Assembly (NCBI GenBank): GCA_964247135.1
Contig: CAXTTL010000052.1
Location: 1 to 23,278, forward strand
From: an uncultured Deinococcales bacterium
GTDB lineage: Bacteria > Deinococcota > Deinococci > Deinococcales > JAAFIG01
Reading direction: 5' to 3'
DNA length: 23,278 nucleotides
The position numbers and the translations under genes were made by a program. This document shows positions 17,694 through 23,278 of the stretch, piece after piece (the stretch's first letter is position 1; each line of letters begins with the position of its first letter). Under the pieces are notes generated by a model. The model did not search any database, was not told where the DNA came from, and saw nothing but the letters and a program-made list of their open reading frames with translations.

Positions 17694-18308
17694 ATGAACC
17701 CCAAAGTCACCGCCGTCGTCATGGCAGCCGGCGCCTCCAGTCGAATGGGCGTCCATAAACTCTTGCTCGAGCTTGATGGCGAGAGCTTGGTGCGCCGCGT
17801 GGTGCGGCAGATTCTCGAGGTACAAGGTTTTTTTGAGGTGCTGGTCGTGACCGGACGCGAACCCGAAAACATTCAAGCCGCACTCGAGGGGCTTAACGTG
17901 CGGTTCGTGCAAAATGACGCCTATCTCGAGGGGATTGGCACTTCATTCAGGGCTGCCGTCAGTGTGCTCGAGCCTGACATTCACGGCGCAATGTTCGCGC
18001 TGGCAGATCAAGTTTTTGTCAGCACTGACTTGTACCAAAAATTACTCGAGGCTTTTAAACATGCCTACCTCGAGCAACCCTGCATCGTTGCCGCAGAATA
18101 CCCAACCGGTGAAGGCTTGGTGATTGCACCGCCGCACATTTTCAGCCAGCACTTTTTTGAAGTGATCGGCACGCAAGGGCACGGCGCAAAACCTTTAATC
18201 CAAAAGAATAAGACGCAAACAACCTTGCTCGAGTTTCCCGAAACAGCCTTGTTTGACATTGACGAACCCAGCGATCTCGAGAAAGCCAGATTGATGTTGG
18301 ACAGGTAG
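17694..18308 (+). CDS. mocA: Molybdenum cofactor cytidylyltransferase-like nucleotidyltransferase
   Basis: VVMAAGASSRMGVHKLLL, GIGTSF, ALADQ, DIDEPSDL; adjacent to an MCD-dependent CODH. Confidence 0.8.
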   Translation: MNPKVTAVVMAAGASSRMGVHKLLLELDGESLVRRVVRQILEVQGFFEVLVVTGREPENIQAALEGLNVRFVQNDAYLEGIGTSFRAAVSVLEPDIHGAMFALADQVFVSTDLYQKLLEAFKHAYLEQPCIVAAEYPTGEGLVIAPPHIFSQHFFEVIGTQGHGAKPLIQKNKTQTTLLEFPETALFDIDEPSDLEKARLMLDR

Positions 18309-18318
18309 GAGTGGATTT

Positions 18319-18543
18319 TTAATAAATGCTGCCACCATACTCGAGTTTTGCGTTGTTGTTTAAAGCCCACGCCTCAACCTGACGTTTGAAATCATCAAAA
18401 TCAAATCCAGGGAATTTTGCATCCCAGACGTTTTTATCGGGAATACAAACCGTCAATATGCCCATTGGGAGGTCTAAAATAAATTCCCCCATTGGACCGG
18501 AACAAACCAATTCTTCTTTCCAGCGAGCCTGAAACTTGTACAT
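18319..18543 (-). CDS. Small hypothetical protein
   Basis: Likely start MYKFQARWKEELVC with AAGGA SD; alternative start at 18588. Confidence 0.6.
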   Translation of the reverse strand: MYKFQARWKEELVCSGPMGEFILDLPMGILTVCIPDKNVWDAKFPGFDFDDFKRQVEAWALNNNAKLEYGGSIY

Positions 18544-18588
18544 GAATTTTCCTTCTGGCTCGAGAATTTTTAAAGCTCGAGACACCAT

Positions 18589-19014
18589 TTAAACCGTGTA
18601 GCGCTTGTTCCAACTTTCTGGAAAGCTCAATTTGTTGCCATAGACGAATCGAATCAATTGTCCATGATGCTGCACCTCATGTTCGAGCAGCGCAAACGCA
18701 AGGTCAATTTGCGCATCGCTGAAATTCGTAAAATCAATTTTGCTAAGTTGCTTGCGCGTCGCTTCCAGAGCCTCGAGTACCGATTCTTTCACGTGTGGCG
18801 TTTTCAGGCTGCACGAAAACCCCTGCCAACCACCAGCCTCGAGCGCCCTGAGATAACTCTCTCGAGCGCCAACAACGCACCAAAGCTGCCCCGAGATTTG
18901 ATTGGAAGGAAGATTGGGCAAGTCCAAAGCCAGGGATTCTTCCTCGAGATGCGCCACAAGGTCGTGCGTGAGTTGGAAGGATTTCTCGAGTTTTGTTTTG
19001 AGGTGGTGGTTAAT
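18589..19014 (-). CDS. DinB/YfiT-like four-helix-bundle protein (start uncertain)
   Basis: C-terminal LLEHEVQHHGQL; frame is open upstream of GTG 18957 to ATT 19014. Confidence 0.7.
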   Translation of the reverse strand: MNHHLKTKLEKSFQLTHDLVAHLEEESLALDLPNLPSNQISGQLWCVVGARESYLRALEAGGWQGFSCSLKTPHVKESVLEALEATRKQLSKIDFTNFSDAQIDLAFALLEHEVQHHGQLIRFVYGNKLSFPESWNKRYTV

Positions 19015-19078
19015 AAGAACCTTCTTTGTGGCTCGAGTGTGGTTTTGGAAGACTCGAGAGAATTGCTGTTAACCTCAA

Positions 19079-19984
19079 TTAGGTTGGAAAACGCTCACGG
19101 AGGTCTTGAATGCAACGAACAATTAGCTTCTCCTTGATTCTGGCTTCTTCTTCTGTCATGCGATCATGTTCGGGAGTACCTGGTTCGGCATAACCTACTG
19201 GACTGTTCGTAGTCTCAATGAAACCAAAATAGTTAAAAAACTCGATGAGTTCTAAAAGTTCTGTCGGGCGAGTGGTATCCCAGTCTGGTGATAATGTTGG
19301 AAGCACTTTCGAGAATACGTGGTTTAGGATTGCTTTTTCAATTGTTCTGCCACTCTCGTAAAGATAGCCTATTGTCTCACGAACAAAGTCAACAGGTGGG
19401 TTAATAACTTGCCCTGATTTGACAATGTAGTACTGAAAACGTGGAACATCAACATGTCGAATCACTGCCGCGTGATGTGCAACGGTATGACGAATTAGTG
19501 TAAGGTCACGCAAACGAGCATATTCAGAAACTGGTATTGGCTCGAGATTGATGGATTTGCGGAACAGTTTATTTATATCATCAGGATCAATTAAACCTGT
19601 TAGATCAGTGTCAAGTCGTTTAAAGGCGTTATCAGGTGTCCTATATATCGGTTGTGATCGAAGTTTTACAAGTTCAGGAAAATGAGCATTGATGTATGTG
19701 TTATCCGCCATACGAGCACCAAAATCACGCACGAAGTCTTCAAGAGCGACAACTCCAAGAAAGATAGCCAGTGCTGCCAGTGGCTTCTGAAAGTTAACTG
19801 CGTCATCTAAGGCTTCGCGTCTTTGTTTGGTGTCAAGGTCGCCGTCCCCAAAGTCTGGAAGTTGTAATAACTCTTTAGCTTGTGATTGCCGATAGGCAAA
19901 CAACCCACTGGATGAGTTAGTGCGAATGCCAAAAGTATATTCAATGATAGACGCATCGGGCAGAATCACGGTAGGCGTAAACAT
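19079..19984 (-). CDS. Hypothetical protein with HEPN-like RxxxxH motif, probably horizontally acquired
   Basis: ALEDFVRD helix and LIRHTVAHH; AT-richer than its neighbours; AAGGAG SD. Confidence 0.7.
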   Translation of the reverse strand: MFTPTVILPDASIIEYTFGIRTNSSSGLFAYRQSQAKELLQLPDFGDGDLDTKQRREALDDAVNFQKPLAALAIFLGVVALEDFVRDFGARMADNTYINAHFPELVKLRSQPIYRTPDNAFKRLDTDLTGLIDPDDINKLFRKSINLEPIPVSEYARLRDLTLIRHTVAHHAAVIRHVDVPRFQYYIVKSGQVINPPVDFVRETIGYLYESGRTIEKAILNHVFSKVLPTLSPDWDTTRPTELLELIEFFNYFGFIETTNSPVGYAEPGTPEHDRMTEEEARIKEKLIVRCIQDLRERFPT

Positions 19985-20030
19985 GTGTCTCCTTGAAGGC
20001 TTAACAAGAGCTATCCACTAAGCAAAACGT

Positions 20031-20076
20031 AACTCCCTCGAGAAGTGTAAAAAAACTCCCTCGAGAAGTGTAAAAA
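20031..20076. repeat. Perfect 23-bp tandem duplication
   Basis: (AACTCCCTCGAGAAGTGTAAAAA)x2. Confidence 0.9.
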
Positions 20077-20176
20077 ACCACAAGCTGTTTTTGACTCTAA
20101 GAATTCAAGCATTTCATTTCCTCTCGAGTATTTTGACTCCACCACAATACCCATTTCTCGAGTTTCTCACCCCAAC

Positions 20177-20217
20177 AAAAAATTCCAGCTCAAGGCTTCA
20201 AACTCGAGCTGGAATTT
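20177..20217 (-). terminator. Hairpin with T-tract on the minus strand (putative intrinsic terminator)
   Basis: AAATTCCAGCTC ... GAGCTGGAATTT inverted repeat, with an A-run on the + strand. Confidence 0.45.
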
Positions 20218-20270
20218 GCGCTTCAAACCTCTACAGTTGCAATTCTTGGGTTTTTTCGTAAGAATCTAAT

Positions 20271-21761
20271 ATGCCCTTTCAAAGATCAAGCGGTATTTTG
20301 CTGCATCCCACCTCTTTTCCTGGACGGTTTGGAATCGGTTCACTCGGTAATGAAGCTTACAGTTGGCTGGACTGGCTGGCAAACGCTGGACAGAAACTCT
20401 GGCAGATTTTACCGCTTGGACACACAGGTTACGGCGACAGCCCCTACCAAAGCTTCGGGGCTTTTGCGGGCAACCCACTGTTAATCTCGCTCGAGAAACT
20501 GCTGGAACAAAACCTGCTCGAAGCATCAAGCCTCGAGAATCCACCGAACTTTAGCCACGATTTGGTCGATTACGGCTGGATTTACATCTGGAAGTGGCAA
20601 AAACTCCGCGAGGCGCACAAACGCTTCAAAACCCACGCGAGCGCCAAGCAACTCGAAGATTACCAACAATTCCGAGCCGACAATGCCTCCTGGCTCGAGG
20701 ATTATGCGCTGTTTATGGCGTGCAAAGACGCGCACGGCGGCAAACCTTGGACCCAGTGGCAGATTAAACTCGTGCACCGCGACCCCGCAACGCTCGAGAA
20801 AAACCGCACTGAGCTGGCGGATAGTTTGGATTTGTACGCTTTCACGCAATGGGCTTTTTTCAGTCAATGGTCGGCGGTTCGCGCTTACGCCCATTCCAAA
20901 AACATTCAAATCGTCGGGGATATCCCGATTTTTGTTGCGCACGACTCCTCGGACGTTTGGGCAAACCAGCATCTGTTCATGCTCGAGCCTGACGGTTCGC
21001 CGGAGGTGGTGGCGGGCGTGCCACCAGATTATTTTTCAGCCACCGGGCAGTTGTGGGGCAACCCGCATTACCGCTGGGATGTCATGGCAAAAGACGGTTT
21101 TGCCTGGTGGTTGCAGCGATTCTCTGAAACCTTCAAGCAGGTCGATATTGTGCGGGTCGATCATTTCAGAGGCTTTGACGCCTACTGGGAAGTGCCTGGA
21201 CAAGCCGAGAACGCCATTGTCGGACGTTGGGTCAAAGCCCCAGGTCATGCGTTGTTTGAAGCCGTCCGAGCCAAGTTTGGCAACCTGGCGATCATTGCCG
21301 AAGACTTGGGCGTGATTACCCCGACTGTCGAAAAACTGCGCGACGATTTTAATTTGCCAGGCATGAAAATCTTGCAATTTGCGTTTTACAACAACAACGA
21401 CGACCCGTTCTTGCCGCACAATTACCAGCACAACTGCGTGGTTTACACCGGCACGCACGACAACGACACCACGCTGGGCTGGTGGGAATCCGAACCTGAA
21501 CTGACCAAAAACAAAGTCCGCGAGTACCTGCAAAGCGACGGCTCGAGTATCGTCTGGGATTTGATCATTGCCGCTTGGAAGTCAAACGCCGACATGGCAC
21601 TGACCACCTTGCAAGACTTGCTCGAGTTGCCCACCATCGCCCGCATGAACCTGCCAGGCAGCTTGGGGGGGCGCAACTGGGGCTGGCGTTACTCGAGCGC
21701 GGTGCTAAGTGATGCCTTAGCGCAGCGTTTGAGGGCATTGACCGAGGCTTGCAACCGTTGA
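20271..21761 (+). CDS. malQ: 4-alpha-glucanotransferase (amylomaltase, GH77)
   Basis: SGILLHPTS, GDIPIFV, GVPPDYFSATGQLWGNP, RVDHFRG, IIAEDLG, YTGTHDNDT. Confidence 0.97.
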   Translation: MPFQRSSGILLHPTSFPGRFGIGSLGNEAYSWLDWLANAGQKLWQILPLGHTGYGDSPYQSFGAFAGNPLLISLEKLLEQNLLEASSLENPPNFSHDLVDYGWIYIWKWQKLREAHKRFKTHASAKQLEDYQQFRADNASWLEDYALFMACKDAHGGKPWTQWQIKLVHRDPATLEKNRTELADSLDLYAFTQWAFFSQWSAVRAYAHSKNIQIVGDIPIFVAHDSSDVWANQHLFMLEPDGSPEVVAGVPPDYFSATGQLWGNPHYRWDVMAKDGFAWWLQRFSETFKQVDIVRVDHFRGFDAYWEVPGQAENAIVGRWVKAPGHALFEAVRAKFGNLAIIAEDLGVITPTVEKLRDDFNLPGMKILQFAFYNNNDDPFLPHNYQHNCVVYTGTHDNDTTLGWWESEPELTKNKVREYLQSDGSSIVWDLIIAAWKSNADMALTTLQDLLELPTIARMNLPGSLGGRNWGWRYSSAVLSDALAQRLRALTEACNR

Positions 21762-21771
21762 AGCTCGAGTT

Positions 21772-22317
21772 TCAGGCTTTAATTGCAGCCTCAAGCTTTT
21801 CAAACTCGAGGTGGTCGTAAACAAATTCGGCATATTGCGCAATCTGAATGCTCGAGTCTGGGGCAATTAAAAAATCGGCGGGCATTCGGTAAAAGTTGCT
21901 GCCCTCTTCTGGGGTTAAGGCAAAACCGCTCTCGGCAGCTTGCGTGATCATGGCTGGCGTTTCGGGTTTTGCCATTGTCGCGTTGACTTTTTCTTCGCTG
22001 CTTTCGACTCCGTACAGTGCATAGAGTTTTGCTTCTGGGTCAGAAATGATTGGGAACGGAGCATCTTGTTTGCCCACATATTGATTGATGCTCGAGCTTG
22101 GTGATTCAAAGACCGTGATGATCTCGAGGTGCTGGGCTTGAAGGCTTGGGAATTTTAGGATCAGTTGATGCACCCGCAAGTTGCACATGGCACATGCGCC
22201 GTTTCGCAAAAATGAAAGCAATAGCCATTTTCCAGCATAATCTTGAAGTTTGATCGGATTGCCCAAGTGATCTGAGACATGAAAATCTGGGGCAGGTATG
22301 CCTGGTTGGATACGCAT
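21772..22317 (-). CDS. Peroxiredoxin-like AhpC/TSA family protein
   Basis: APDF..D..G, FLRNGACAMC (CxxC), FPIISDP, MPADFLI; AGGAGG SD. Confidence 0.85.
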   Translation of the reverse strand: MRIQPGIPAPDFHVSDHLGNPIKLQDYAGKWLLLSFLRNGACAMCNLRVHQLILKFPSLQAQHLEIITVFESPSSSINQYVGKQDAPFPIISDPEAKLYALYGVESSEEKVNATMAKPETPAMITQAAESGFALTPEEGSNFYRMPADFLIAPDSSIQIAQYAEFVYDHLEFEKLEAAIKA

Positions 22318-22379
22318 GATGAACCCTCCTAAAATTGAGTGGGTCGTCTGATCAGAGACTCGAGAATACTAAGCCCACC

Positions 22380-22405
22380 TGACCAATTTAGTCAAGTAAG
22401 CTTAC
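22380..22405. promoter_or_regulatory. Candidate MarR operators
   Basis: TGACCAA-T-TTAGTCA (22380-22394) and GTAAGCTTAC (22396-22405) palindromes between divergent genes, just upstream of the TAGAAT -10. Confidence 0.45.
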
Positions 22406-22425
22406 CATCTGTTAGAATCATCATC

Positions 22426-22899
22426 ATGGCAAAACTCAAACGCAACATCCCAATCGCGCAACTCGAGGAATTGCGCCAGCAACCTCAACCCTTTGGACGC
22501 TTATTGATTCGTGCCCACCGCGCATTTTTTGCAGCAACAAACGCCAAATTAAGCGCTTTGGGGTATTCCGATTTTGGCAACGCCAAAGGCACGCTGCTGG
22601 CACAACTTGACGCAGACGGCACACGTTTGACCACGCTGGCAGAACGGTTGGGCATCACCAAGCAATCGGTCAGCCAACTCGTGACCGACCTCGAGCAAAA
22701 CGGGTATGTGCAGCGCCTGCCCGACCCCAGCGACAACCGCGCCAGTTTGGTGCGCTTCACCGAACGCGGTTGGCAATTTTGTCAAGATGCCAACCGCGTC
22801 AGATTAGAACTCGAGGCTGAATATGAACACGCGCTCGGCAAGGATGCCATGCAAAACTTGCGTGGCTTGCTCGAGAAATTTCTCGAGCAAGCCAATTAA
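22426..22899 (+). CDS. MarR family transcriptional regulator
   Basis: Start reassigned to MAKLKR; LAERLGITKQSVSQLVTDLEQNGYVQRLPDPSDNRA winged HTH. Confidence 0.92.
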   Translation: MAKLKRNIPIAQLEELRQQPQPFGRLLIRAHRAFFAATNAKLSALGYSDFGNAKGTLLAQLDADGTRLTTLAERLGITKQSVSQLVTDLEQNGYVQRLPDPSDNRASLVRFTERGWQFCQDANRVRLELEAEYEHALGKDAMQNLRGLLEKFLEQAN

Positions 22900-22902
22900 A
22901 AC

Positions 22903-23278
22903 TTATTTCTGCCCATCCAAATCGAGGTTTAACTCGAGCACGTTCACCCGCGCCTGTCCCAAAGCCCCGAAGGTCGCAGCTTGGGTATGGCGTGCGACGG
23001 CATCCCGCACCGCCGCCTCGCTGATGCCTCGAGCGCGTGCCACCCGAGCCAACTGAATTTCTGCCGCCTTTGGGCTGATGTCGGGGTCGAGTCCAGAGCC
23101 GCTGGTCGTGATGAGGTCGGCTGGAATGTCGTTGGGGGTCACGCCGTCTCGGGCGGCAATGTCTTTGGCGCTCGTGGCAATGCGTTCGATCAAGGCTGGA
23201 TTGCTGGGCGCGGCGTTGGAACCGCTGGCGGAGGTTGGGTCAGAACCGTTTCCGGCGCTGGAGGGGGGGGGGATAAAA
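22903..23278 (-). CDS. kdpC: K+-transporting ATPase subunit C (3' part; runs off the window)
   Basis: SGSNAAPSNP, DLITTSGSGLDPDISP, QLARVARARG, VNVLELNLDLD. Confidence 0.93.
   Translation of the reverse strand, partial: FIPPPSSAGNGSDPTSASGSNAAPSNPALIERIATSAKDIAARDGVTPNDIPADLITTSGSGLDPDISPKAAEIQLARVARARGISEAAVRDAVARHTQAATFGALGQARVNVLELNLDLDGQK

Noticed and set aside
20031-20076. CRISPR array
   Set aside because: Only two abutting copies, no spacer and no cas genes; the CTCGAG sites elsewhere are 6 bp and irregularly spaced
23263-23272. G10 tract as a phase-variation site in kdpC
   Set aside because: It lies at the extreme window end and gives FIPPPS where KdpC normally has an RPS motif; low-quality terminal sequence is more likely, and the frame is not broken
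1-23278. CTCGAG abundance as an XhoI digestion/ligation or synthetic artefact
   Set aside because: Long conserved ORFs read through the sites intact in all three phases, which random fragment ligation would not give
1-23278. tRNA, rRNA, riboswitch, transposase or integrase genes
   Set aside because: None recognisable by eye; an Rfam/tRNAscan search of the intergenic regions 13405-13702, 17485-17693 and 19985-20270 would be needed to exclude small RNAs

Overview
Bacterial chromosomal window, most likely from a Deinococcota (Deinococcales-like) organism. This is inferred from the protein families and from repeated leaderless-type TANNNT-N6/7-ATG starts. From left to right it contains: three tandem secreted S41-family peptidase paralogs (one lacking its catalytic residues) interrupted by an RHH/PIN toxin-antitoxin pair; a DUF2227-like membrane protein; nanE with a BadF-type sugar kinase; a ParE/RelE-like toxin-antitoxin pair; a complete aerobic form I Mo-Cu CO dehydrogenase cluster (coxM-coxS-coxL[AYRCSFR]-coxG-2OG oxygenase-GNAT-coxF/xdhC-YHS-coxD-coxE, with a divergent mocA-like gene); two small hypothetical/DinB-like genes; an AT-richer HEPN-motif gene; malQ; a peroxiredoxin-like/MarR divergon; and the 3' part of kdpC. 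The most striking feature is that the palindrome CTCGAG occurs about 178 times by manual count (about 1 per 130 bp, versus about 6 expected by chance). It is found in all reading frames and in intergenic DNA, like cyanobacterial HIP1. Two families of REP-like palindromic repeats are also present, one inside a coding sequence.
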